From Antedon mediterranea (lineage: Eukaryota; Animalia; Echinodermata), in assembly GCF_964355755.1 (NCBI RefSeq), contig NC_092670.1:37870388-37934387 (forward strand): a stretch of 64,000 bases of DNA. The letters are read 5' to 3'. Within the stretch, counting starts at the first letter, position 1. Every line of letters starts with the position of its first letter. Of the stretch, positions 52,073 through 63,905 are shown in pieces. The position numbers and the translations under genes are program-made. Under the pieces are notes generated by a model. That model had not been told where the DNA came from. It saw nothing but the letters and a program-made list of their open reading frames with translations, and did not search any database.

Positions 52073-53579
52073 AGATATGCAGGAAGGATTTGCGGAGAGT
52101 TTCCCAGTGATAGTGAGAGGTGGATAAAAAAAAATTATTTTTGACAATCATTGAAAACCCTTCTACCCCAATCCCCCCCTCCCCACCCACCCACCTGTGA
52201 AATCAATGTATCCCCTTTAACCCCGTTTTCCACTAGCCAAAGGCAAATTTATTTGCGCAAATCCAATCATTCATCATTCACTCGTATAGAAAAAAAGGTC
52301 GCTCTACCCTTTATCATTTCCCATTACCAGAGCAAAAAACTGCGAATTTTATTCATCGGGTGTCTGCCAACTTGTTTAATTTGCATGAGTGCACATGCGG
52401 AAATTGTTCGATTTAATAATTTCGCTGAAGCAAAAAACTGATTTGGAATTATTTGCATAAATAAACCTGCTTAGTGTAAAACCGACTTCAGTATCCTCTC
52501 AACAAACTATAAAAAAATAAATAATATTGATTGTGATTGAGTGGTTATCAATTTTTAAAAAAAATATTTTTTTAAAGCTAATTCAAATTTGCAACATTGC
52601 TGTTGATCTTTTAAATAAAAAAAAACATAATTATTTCTCTGAAGAGAAGAATTTATTGAAAAGTATATAAAAGAAAGTTTTATTCAGTATTTAGTATACA
52701 TCAAGTATTGAATTTTTTCGTGGCAATGTTTTAATTCATCTAATTGGACAGTGATTCATTGCTATTTATAGCTAAATATCCTTTTTTGTAAAATAATAAA
52801 TTTGTATATTACATTATTGAATTACATTAATTTATATACTCGGAATTGATTACGAAGTATTTCAATGTAAAGAATAGTATTATTTCTTAGCTAATGCTAT
52901 GGATATCAGGGGGTTTTAAAGAATTTTATTTTGTTGCACTTAAATTAATATTATTTTAATTAATTTGTACTTAAATAATCTTTATATTTACCTTGAATAA
53001 TAATATTCTGAAATCATTTTATCAACACTATGCAATTTTGTGGGGATTCTTTTTCTATAGAAAATGCTAATGGTATTGAAAACATTTTTTAAAAACATTG
53101 CTATTATATGTACCATGGTGAGAATCAAACAATTAATTTTTTTAACTTATAAAAATGAAGTAAATAAAGTTACAGCTTTTATGTTTAATTTACACATACA
53201 ATAAATTTTGATTTTTAAAAATGATAAAGGTGAAGGCGGCTCAAGATTATTAAAAAAAGCTGTGTCATTAATAAAAAATACATTTAAAATGACAATTTAT
53301 AGAAGACTAGAAAATGTCTATACACAGTTTATATTACAAGATTGTTTGTTGAAGGTGTACATAGTTTTGTAGTGCTGAAGGATTGAATGAATTACTATAC
53401 AATAAATATGCATGTACAGTACATGCATGTTCACAGTGCTTGTATTATTTGTAGTTCTATCTGGTTTTCATTTATGCGGTTTTTGATAATATTTAAAAAA
53501 ATCTAATCAAATGACTTCATGATCAATACAATCGTTGCACTGTCATGATATTATTGCTCTTACTGATCATAACGTCTTT

Positions 53580-53770
53580 TAATAGGAGCATGCGTTTTTG
53601 GAATCTGCTTTTTAGTCGTGTGCAACGCGACTCTACAGCTCACTATGTCGGTTAATAGGAGCATGCGTTTTTTGGTGTCTGCTTTTTAGTCGTGTGCAAC
53701 GCGACTCTACAGCTCACTATGTCGGTTAATAGGAGCATGCGTTTTTTGGTGTCTGCTTTTTAGTCGTGTC
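53580..53770. repeat. ~75-bp tandem repeat (2.5 copies)
   Basis: AATAGGAGCATGCGTTTTTGG..TAGTCGTGTGCAACGCGACTCTACAGCTCACTATGTCGGTT repeated. Confidence 0.85.
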
Positions 53771-54469
53771 GGTAAACACGACTGCAGCCATGTATATGGC
53801 CTTGTTACAATATAATGTACTGTACTACAATTAGTTTCAAATATCTGTATTGTTAGTGACTCCAGAGATTCAATAACATACAGTACATACATTTATTTAA
53901 ACATCAAAAGTTTTATTTTTACTGTCAATACCAAAAAAATAGACCACCAAAACATTTAGTTTACTTGCAGCTTATTTTTCTGAATCTTTACCCAAATATT
54001 TTTGTCCAATTATTTCAATAATTGCGGAACATGCACACCAATGCATCACTAGTTACACACCGGTGATGAAGTCACACCAATGCTACGCATCACTGGTTAC
54101 ACACCGGTGATGAAGTCACAGAACATAACCTCAAAATATTACCAATAACAGACATGTTTTAAGTAACATATTTTAAAACAACAATAAATTACAAAAACAT
54201 TTTTCAAAAACCAAAACAAAATTAAAGTTAAGATATATATGTAGACACTATGTAAAGAGAAATATGAAAAACTATCCAATTTGTTACCATTTTACATTAT
54301 AAATAATAGATTAAAAAAAGTTGACAATGCAGTGGTTATCCAAAGTTTTGGTTAAATTATACAAATTTAAGATATTGTCAGATGACTTAATATTTATTAT
54401 TATTTACATATTTAATAAACATAACATGTTAATAGTGATTTTATGGGCAGCTGCATTGGGGCTGCTCAT

Positions 54470-54884
54470 GGTCTGAGGCCCCTGGAGCACTGAGGTCCCT
54501 GGAGCACTGAGGTCCCTGGAGCACTGAGGTCCCTGGAGCACTGAGACCCCTGGGAGCACTTAGGCCCCTGGAGCACTTAGGCCCCTGGGAGCACTGAGAT
54601 CAATGGAGCACTGATGCCCCTGGAGCACTGAGGTCCCTGGAGTACTAAGACCCCTGGAGCACTGAGACTCCTGGAGCACTTAGGCCCCTGGGAGCACTTA
54701 GGCCCCTGGGAGCACTGAGGCCAATGGAGCACTGATGCCCCTGAGAGCGCTGAGGCTCCTGGGAGCACTGATGCCCCTGAGAGCACTGAGGCCAATGGAG
54801 CACTGAGGCCCCTGGGAGCACTGAGGCCAATGGAGCACTGATGCCCCTGAGACTCCTGGAGCACTCATAGCTGTTATGCCACTG
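54470..54884 (-). repeat. GC-rich 17-18-bp minisatellite (CCTGGAGCACTGAGGTC) attached to a hAT-like MITE end
   Basis: About 22 units, ending in CTCATAGCTGTTATGCCACTG, the reverse complement of the start of the element at 59895. Confidence 0.85.
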
Positions 54885-55560
54885 AAGTGTATGCTGTAAA
54901 CATACATGTTTTCTATTTACTTTTCCACATAATCTCTTACTTAACATCCAATGAGAGTTTAAGAGTTCAAATGAATGTTTCCAACACACTTTACATTCAC
55001 AAAATGGTTATGCTGAGTAGAGTTGTTTTATTGGTTAACATTTTCAATATATTTACATCATTTATGTGTTTAACAGTAAAAATTAGTAATATGGAAGAAT
55101 TTTAACATTTTCAAGCATAATTGAATAAAAGGAACGAAGAGAAATAAAGAAAATAAATTGGTCTTTCTGCTTCCTATAATGCAATAGATTCCAGTCCTGA
55201 AAAGAAAAACACAAACGTGTTAGCCGATTCTCAGTCTCATCATATCTATCTAGTATTATAGGCAAATTTTAAGATACAGCATCACATGTATTTCACATGT
55301 GATGCCTACTGTATATCATAGACCCCAACCTTCCATGATACAGGAACCACATATGCAGGATACACATGTCTTTTCAAAAATTACAGTACAGAATTTTACA
55401 AGAAATTACAAATGCATGATATTTTGAATTTTATGAAGGGTATATAGTACTGTACATACAAAATAATACACAATATTCTGTTACAAATAATAAACAATCT
55501 CAATGAATTAATGATAGTTTATTTTTAGTTTATTATTAAATCATTAGTTTTTACTGTACC

Positions 55561-56045
55561 TTATGAGGATGCTCCTTGTACAAGTTCTGGAGGTTTAGGA
55601 CTTTTTGGATGTTTATTTTCAAAGTGTTGTGTATACGTTTTAACATCTGGCATTTGTGTCTGTAAGAAAAGTTTAAAAATACTAAAAAAATAAAAAACAA
55701 CTACTACTACTACTTATAATATAATTATTTTCTTTAGTACAGTTCTTAGTGGTTTTACAATATTAGGCGCTTTATAAATCTAGGATGTCATTATTATTTT
55801 ATAATTTATTTATAATAAGATTTGTTAATCCACTACAAACGAATTTAGGAAGACCTGTTTTAACTACATGATGTCACAGGTTTTAATGTACTCTTGGTTA
55901 TAATACCTACCTTACATACACTACATGTATATATCAGTGCCTTCTTGGCTGAATCCTTCTTATCGCCACTCTTTGCCGCCTTTAATTTCTTCTGCTTCTC
56001 TGCATTTTTCTGTTGTGATTGAATTTTTTGCTGTCCTCTTGCCAT
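55561..56045 (-). CDS. ZNF706: Zinc finger protein 706 (4F5/SERF-like N-terminus plus C2H2 finger), 77 aa
   Basis: Exons 56045-55911 and 55659-55561 give MARGQQKIQSQQKNAEKQKKLKAAKSGDKKDSAKKALIYTCSVCK/TQMPDVKTYTQHFENKHPKSPKPPELVQGASS*. Acceptor at 56060-56061; candidate 5'UTR donor CAG|GTATGT at 56937/56936. Confidence 0.95.
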
Positions 56046-57715
56046 TGTGTATGATTAACCTACAAAAAAAAAGAATTGTATACTTTTTTATTTTCTTTAT
56101 TAATTTCGGCTGACCCAAGTTGACCAAAGGAGTGACAAAAGAGCTCAACTGCTTCTAGAAGTCGGTTAGCATTTTTCTTCCATCGATTTTGTTTATTTGG
56201 TGACTCTATTTTGGATCCCAGAACGTTAACATTATCAATCAAATAAATAAAACAGTACTTGTATTATTTATATTTTACTATCTGATGATAGTATACTATA
56301 GAACTGGGTTGACAAAAATAATTTAATTGATTGATATGATCTGATGAGCCTATAGTATTAATTATTATATATTTATTATAAATTATTACAATTAACATAC
56401 ATATAAATCCAAAGGCAAATTACTGAAAAAATGACAATGCTGTGGGTATCAGTGACTGGATCTCAATGGAGATTTATGATACTGTACAAAAAAAAAGCGA
56501 AAAAAGCTAAATCAAAATGATACAACATACATATAAATATACATATCAAATACTAAATCCAAGACAGTTTTTAATTAGTATTTCGGTGAAAAGATATTTA
56601 CTAAAATGTGTTATTTATTAACTAAGGCTAGGCCCAAGTAAGGAACACCATTCTCCCTACTGCATCTGTCGAGAAGGCTCATCCAGCAGGTATTTACCAC
56701 CATTGCTTTTTGTTGTGCAATACAATACATAAATAAAAACACAGCATGGCGATTGATTTGAAGAATGGACCAATTTTCAAATGAATGGTTTACGGTACCA
56801 CGGTAACGTATCGTATTAATTTATAATGAAACATGTAGTTTATTTTCTATTTACAATAGTTTTATAAGAAGGAAATGTTCCTTACAAAAGCGTTGACAAT
56901 AATGATAAAAGAGCTAGGCTTAAGCCACGTACATACCTGTCCCCTACCACCGATCATAAACACTGTTTCTCCCCGTTTTTTAGAGGAGTATTGTAGGCCT
57001 AGCTAGCAGCAGCTTTGCGTAACTAAATATAATAATTACCGAATATAAAAAAAATAATATGCAGCATTGCAATACATAAATATTTTAATTTGATTATTGT
57101 ATGTTTTTAATTATTAAAATATAGATCGCCTTAGTAAAACACGTGTAATTTTAGTGCACAAACTTTACTTTTGATGATTACTTTGTACAATGGTTCCCGG
57201 TGATTCCGGTTATGGCACGCCGAAAATGCCATCAGTATAGTATACATTTTATTTTAGATATTAAATCAACCAAGACGAGCTCTTCTTCGGTAATTCAAAT
57301 GTGTCCCAACACGTTAAATACGCATTTTGTTTTGCGTCAACCTAATGTTTATTTAAAATTGTGTTACTTCTTATAGTAATAAACACTGAGACACCCGACT
57401 GGATCGAACCCCGAATTCACCGTTGAACACCATTCAAAACGTTAAACAAACGCATCAGCGATTTTAATTAGGGTGGAGATGATGATTTAATATGGTTCAT
57501 CACATATGCATTGTGCAAAACAAACAGTTATTCATGGTTATAGATATATACACTAGTATTTGATTTGCATGAATAGCTAACAATGCAGTCGGTGAAGCGA
57601 GTGTAAAAATAAATATTTAAAGTAGACTTATATATAAATAATTTTGGTTGTGCATTCTCATTTGCGTTTTACGTCGGTCTCATTTATTGTTGCGTGCAAA
57701 ACGATATAGGGAAGT

Positions 57716-60700
57716 ATGTGGAAAATTATTTTGCTGTCCTGTGTTGTGGTATGTAGGTCTGCTTTAGTTGTCTTTGTGTTTCTGTTCCGAAGATTAAAAT
57801 ATCGACTGTTGTTTTCATCGTTTCATACTGGTATTTTTAGGATTAAAATCTGCCACAATAAAATATTCAATACAGGGAGAGGGGTCTTTAAATTATCTTT
57901 CAAATCTACTAAATACAATTATGTTGGTCCATGCCTTTTTAAATTCTATATACTGTATTAACTATAACGTGTGTGGGTCTTCATTTTCTCATAGGTTTGC
58001 TCTGTCGCCGTCACAGATAAGTCTGGTAAGGGAACAACATTTTTTAAGGTTATACTATAGTTTTTTTGTGATGTCTAATACATGTATAGTAGTTCGTCGT
58101 GTGAAAATTATATAATGCTATGTCGTGCCTAGATTTTAAAACTAAGATCTTAAAATCTGAGTTTTCAAGGCACTCATGTTTATCCTAATCAAGACGATAC
58201 ATTATTTTTCTACATACAAATAAAAGATATTATTATTATTAAGTGTTTATTTTAGTATAGGCCCTAACTAGGGAAGAGTAGTTAGTAGTCTTTTCTGGGA
58301 TAACCATTTTGGCAAACCAATGACGTCATAATCACATCCACTGATCATAACTGGGTCGATCCTCTGGGAGACCAGTATTTGACAAAAGAGGTCACCAAGT
58401 AGGCTATAAAACTAGAACAATACCATTGATTGTTCTTATTGATCATGACGTCATTTTATTGCCCTTTTAAAAATATTATTTTCATCCAAGACAGTCATTC
58501 TGTAGCTCTGGATAAAAAGTTTTCTAACTTCTGTATCTTTTATCTGATGAGGACTTTGTCAAAAAAGCAAATTGTGACGGATCAATCTATATATAACTAT
58601 TTGGGTTTCGAAATCTTCTTTTTTTATTGATTTAGGCCTACGAAAGAACAGAATTGATATTAAAGAGTTTATTTCCAAACTATCGGTGTTTGTCTTGTCT
58701 TTCTCTCTCTTCATACCGTCATTATTATCTTTATTGCAAAAGTTAAGTACATACAGTTGCCGTCATTGTTGCACTCTAACATAAGAGTTGTATACCAAGA
58801 ATTAAGACACAAATCATGAGATGGAAAATTTAAAAAATCATCCAAAATAGTTATATCATGATCAATAATATATTAATTATTTTGAGTACTTCGTTACCTC
58901 GTCGTGTATTGTAGAGGAATGTGGAAATATTCGGTGTTACAATTACGGAGAGTGTGAAGAAAGTAGTGCCGGTACGTTATTCTGCAACTGTCGTGGGACT
59001 CTATTCCGAGGAGAAGAATGCTTAGAAGGTAATAACACCAGAATTCACTTTTCTTGTAATATTGTAATACATATACCGTGTGTTTCTTCAATAAATTGCA
59101 GTGGCGCGGATCCAGGGATTTTGAAATAGTAGGAAGGGAAGGTGCTAGCATGGAGTAACTAGGGTGAAATGAAGCGTTGTACTTAATTTTTGATCTCGAT
59201 CTTTTGCATTACAATTTGCGCAATTTAGGTTGTGGGAAAGTGGGTTGCGGCCGACTGGATCTGAAAAGATGAACTTTCTTTCTAAATATTCTTTATTGTT
59301 TTTATTTATAGAAGATCCATGTAAACCAAATCCGTGCGGTCCCGGAGAATGCCTGTATGATGCGACCGAATCTACTGGATACAGGTGCAATTGTGGGGGA
59401 ACGGGACTGATGGGGAGTATGTGTGAGGAAGGTACGGTTTCGTCACAGCTTCGTCTAGTAGTAGCTTCTTTTCACATCACTCGTCTTTTTTGTTTAGCAC
59501 TATAACATACATTTGTATCTACCTTTTTAGCCTACATCACTACCATATTTGGGAATATCACTACCATATTTGGGCATACGAAACTTTTTTTGTCAAACTA
59601 GTTTGATAGTGTGGACAAGGGCTTGAATTAACTGTATTCTTTTCACAGATGATCCATGTTCTCCGAGTCCATGCGAGAATCGTGGGCAGTGTGTTTACAA
59701 TGTAACCGCAATGGGTGGATTTTCGTGCCGTTGCAACGGTACTGGGTACACTGGTGACATTTGTGAAATAGGTGATTTAAAAATATTTAAAACAAAATAA
59801 AAAGTATAAATAAAAGTAATCTTTGATATTTTTGACAGACGATTAATATTATGTTATTATGCGCTCCCTCGTTATGGATAGGTATACTGTCCTGCAGTGG
59901 CATAACGGCTATGAGCGCTTACTGGCTAAACCCAGGGGCCCTGAGCTTATAGGGGGCCCCTGAGTATGAATAGTTTAATCCAACTACCCAGCGTTGAAGG
60001 GCCCTTAGGAGTGCACAGAGAAAAAAAAAACAGGCATTTATTAAAATATGTCGAAAAGGCTAAAAACGCCAGAGACTTTCAGTGTTGGAGGACCACTTAG
60101 GGTTGCTAAACCAGGGGCCTCTGCGTCACGTCACCGCTGCCCTGGCTTAATACGAATCTTATCTTAAATATTTGACAGATGACCCCTGTTCCCCTAGTCC
60201 ATGTAATCGTGGAGTGTGCGTTGGGACCGATACAGATTACAGGTGTGACTGCTTGGGTACAGGTTTTACTGGAATCAACTGTGACGTCGGTAAGTAACTT
60301 TCAATGTTTCGTAAGCGAAAATGTAAATTGATAGTTGTTGGTTAAAGAGTCATTATTCTGAGTCTCAAAAAGAGGTTGTAGGTCAGTTATTAATATTCGA
60401 TGGTGTCACACTTTGCTTTGATATTATAAAGTTGTCTACGTTGGAGCAGGGAGTTGTAAAATATAACTCCCTGATTGGAGGAAATGTTCTTTCTTTCCAG
60501 GAGCTATTAGAGCCTTAAACATGTAGACACTTTTTGAAATGTTTTTGTTTTGAGTTCGTGTTGTGTCCGTTGGATATTGTGCTCCGCCAACAGTCCAAAC
60601 ATAATTTCTATATTATTTCAGATGATCCCTGTCATCCAAGCCCATGTTTACACAAGGGAAATTGTTTAAGAGACGAGGATGATACATACATATGTGATTG

Positions 60701-61384
60701 TATAGGAACCGGTTATATTGGAGACAATTGTGAACTAGGTAACCATTTATTTTAATTGTTAATAGTTAGGCCCTACTGTGTGTTTTACTTTTTTTAGTGG
60801 AAGTGGGGGTGGGGATGGAATCCTTTATATTACGTATGGTCCGGTAACCAATGGTAGTTTCCGAAAGAAGACAAAAAGATGGGCACATAGACATACCCCT
60901 GCCGTTCAATATCCGCAAGAACTTTATTTCGTTGGTACCAAAAATAGTTCGTAAACACTAGCAAAAGTGGATGTAGCATGGTGGTTAACGTGCTTGCCTT
61001 TCAATCCTAAGGTCCAGGGTTTAATGACCTAGTGCCAGGGTTGTAATCTCTTTCAACTTTCAAGCCTCAAATTAGTTTATAAAGCACGATCAAAATTATA
61101 AAATAGTTTATCCATCCTGTAATTGGCGAGTTTGTGCTCACTGTTGGATCCGTATGAAATAACTAACTCTATTTGTAACAATTTTGTTTATATTAGTCAA
61201 TCCCTGTATTCCTAACCCATGCAAGGCAAAAGGAAAATGTGAGTTACTCATGGATGATTTGGGGGAGTTTCGGTGTGACTGCGGCCCATCATTCGGCGGC
61301 AAGTATTGCGACGATGACATATTTATTCAGCATCCATCGTTGAAAAAAAATGACGACGTTCATAAGATGAAGCAAACAATTTAG
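57716..61384 (+). CDS. Small secreted protein: signal peptide plus 6 EGF-like domains (278 aa)
   Basis: Exons 57716-57748, 57995-58025, 58915-59028, 59312-59431, 59649-59771, 60179-60289, 60622-60738, 61197-61384 sum to 837 nt, in frame. N-terminus MWKIILLSCVVVCSVAVTDKS; six 6-Cys EGF exons with phase-1 junctions; TAG ends at 61384. Confidence 0.82.
59895..60136 (+). mobile_element. hAT-like MITE
   Basis: CAGTGGCATAAC ... TCACGTCACCG flanked by CTGTCCTG / CTGCCCTG, an 8-bp TSD with one mismatch. Confidence 0.7.
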
Positions 61385-61564
61385 GCCTAAAGACTTTGTG
61401 ATTCGTTGTTCGTTCCTATTATACGTTAGACCACACACAAAGCAAGTAATTTGACCAATCACCAGCGAAGGTTCTGATGATCCATTGCGTCGTGATTGAT
61501 CAATCTAATTGCTTTGACTAAAATTTCGATTTACATACATTAAAAGGCATATAATAGGCTATTA

Positions 61565-61897
61565 GATTGATAGTAAAATATTATATAAATTAATAATATA
61601 CTAATAATATATTTATGAATTTCCGATTTAAAACCTTTTTTTGCGATCAGTGATCATACAGTTACTATTTTTTTCTCATTTCATTGTATAATAAGGGTTT
61701 AGTAAGATTTGCGTCAGTGAAAGGCCTATACTGTAATAGGATAATAGAAATGATGATAGTAAAATACTAATAAATTAAAAATATACTTATAATATATTTA
61801 AACATTTTCGATTTTAAACCTTTTTTTTTGCGATCAGCGACCATCATATAATTACTCATTTTATAAAAATGTATAGTAAAGGGTTTACTAAGATTTA
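61565..61897. repeat. Older ~187-bp tandem duplication
   Basis: GATAGTAAAATA..AAACCTTTTTTTGCGATCAG..AAGGGTTTA(G/C)TAAGATTT occurs twice with divergence. Confidence 0.7.
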
Positions 61898-62871
61898 CAA
61901 TATTTTGTAATAAATGTAATGTTATAAGATGTTAGTAGGCCTATGTATTGTCAAGGTATTGTATTTTTTATTTTTACATTAAAAGTATTGACATTCTTCG
62001 AATGAGGTTAATATTATTTGTTATTTACTAATCATTTAATATCATATTTTATTGAATTGTACAATGGTAATACACAAAATATTTTGCTAAAAAATGTGAT
62101 TTTATGTAATTATTTTATCGAAAAATGGCGTAGTTTGTGACAATTGCCGACCGAGGGGGAAACATGATAATTTTTGGCGATGTTTTAGATTTTTTAATTA
62201 TTTCTTTAATTGTAGGCCTTAAATATATACAGTACTAAAAACCGTGATATTAACTTTTGAATGAATACAACGTTATCCCTAATATAAATAGAACTTATAT
62301 TAAAAAGAAACGAGCACCAGTGGCGAAAATTAGCATTTGGCGCTTCATAAAAAATTAACGTTTTTCAGACGACGGCGGCTCAACTTGTCGGCGGCTCTAC
62401 TTGGCCCAATATTTATTTGTTTACGTTTGAAAGCCTAACAACCGCACGACGATGGTCTCTATCTCCGATAAAGAACTATTATCCGAATTAATAGGACATT
62501 TAAATTGGTGAAAAAGTATTCAATTTTTATTTGTTAACAGAAATATTTACAATAATGATGCTTTAAAACCTATTATTTATTCTTACTAAAAATTGTTTAC
62601 CTTGATAATATTAATACAATATAATTATAAATTAAAACTTATTATTACTATGTGACATTAACGCTTATTTTACCATATTTGGTCATATCTTGGTCAATTT
62701 CGGTTATACAAACTGCCTATTGATTTTTTACATATTAAAATATTATGATTATGAAATATTTTATGTATATTTTAAAATAAATTGCACATTTTAGAAGTGT
62801 TCCCCAAAACAGGAGGAATGTTTAGTTAAAATCCTAGACTGCACCAAACACTCCAAATAACTGACAATATA

Positions 62872-63045
62872 GTGACGTAAGGCAGAGGCCCCTGGTTTAG
62901 GAGCCCTCAAACGCTGGAGGCCGGGTGTTTTTTAAGCATTTTTCGACATATTTTAATGCCTGTTTTTTTTTTCTCTGGGCAGTGCTCAGGGGCCCCATAA
63001 GCTTCTGGGTTTAGCCAGTGAGCCCTCATAGCCGTTATGCCACTG
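62872..63045 (-). mobile_element. hAT-like MITE, inverted copy of 59895-60136
   Basis: Ends GCCGTTATGCCACTG; flanked on both sides by ACAATATA (8-bp TSD); lies 14 nt beyond the PRPP synthetase stop. Confidence 0.75.
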
Positions 63046-63059
63046 ACAATATAGGCCTA

Positions 63060-63814
63060 TTACATTTGAAGATCAAACCCTAACAAACAATGCGATATCG
63101 AATCACACAGTGAAAGCAGCTTAAAAGGGTCATGCTTTGCGATTTCAAGAGCATGTGGTATGGAATCTGTGATCCATAGATACTTAAATGGAACGTTGCT
63201 ATTGGATGTTGTGAACGACTTCCATGATTCCTTTGGAAACACAGCATGTGTGATGTACGCAGATACGGATTTGGCTCCTCTGTTCATTAAAGCCTAAATG
63301 GAAAACAAAATTGATTATTCTTATAACGCTGACTGTCTTTCGACACAACACACTTCACACAGACTTCTCCCATAAGAGCGATTATTGGCCAAAATGTTCA
63401 TAGACTTATTTATAGATTAATATTTATATTACATATATTTAGACAGAAGTGGCTATTGAAACGGTTGGCTGTGTAATCGGCACAGTTGGCTTGGCTATTC
63501 ATCTAGTGTAGAGTCTTTTATTGGCACTGTCAACCCTAAAAACAAGGCATAAGGCTCTGTCTACACTATCAAACCTTTTGTGCAGAAAAATGTGATGTGC
63601 CCATATATGGACATGATGATGTAATATCACTAACATATTTGGCCATATTACTACCATATTTGGACATATCACTACCATATTTGGGTATATTACTACCATA
63701 TTTGTATATTCTGTTACTTATTAATCTTGATACAAACCTCAGCACAATTCTTTAAAGTTCCTCCAGTTTGGACAAGATCATCGACAATGATTACATTTTT
63801 TTTATCTGGATCAC
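63060..63814 (-). CDS. Ribose-phosphate pyrophosphokinase, class II (plant PRS3/PRS4-like); last two exons only
   Basis: Exon 63814-63738: GDPDKKNVIIVDDLVQTGGTLKNCAE (PRPP-binding loop). Exon 63293-63060: ALMNRGAKSVSAYITHAVFPKESWKSF..FKYLWITDSIPHALEIAKHDPFKLLSLCDSISHCLLGFDLQM*. Splice sites are canonical. Confidence 0.88.
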
Positions 63815-63821
63815 CTGGTAA

Positions 63822-63905
63822 CAAAACAAACAATCAACTGGTCTGTCATTGGTCAATCAAAACAATCAACTGGTCTGTCATTGGTCGATCAAAACAATCA
63901 ACTGG
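63822..63905. repeat. Short ~30-bp tandem repeat
   Basis: CAAAACAATCAACTGGTCTGTCATTGGTC(A/G)AT x2.5 next to the PRPP synthetase acceptor. Confidence 0.8.

Noticed and set aside
54577-54989. Overlapping ORFs with SAPRGL/PQCSQG repeats
   Set aside because: Products of the 17-18-bp minisatellite.
63060-63814. Contamination or recent horizontal transfer as the source of the plant-like PRPP synthetase
   Set aside because: The gene has canonical introns containing the host MITE family and host-like base composition. Only ancient transfer remains possible, and that needs a phylogeny.
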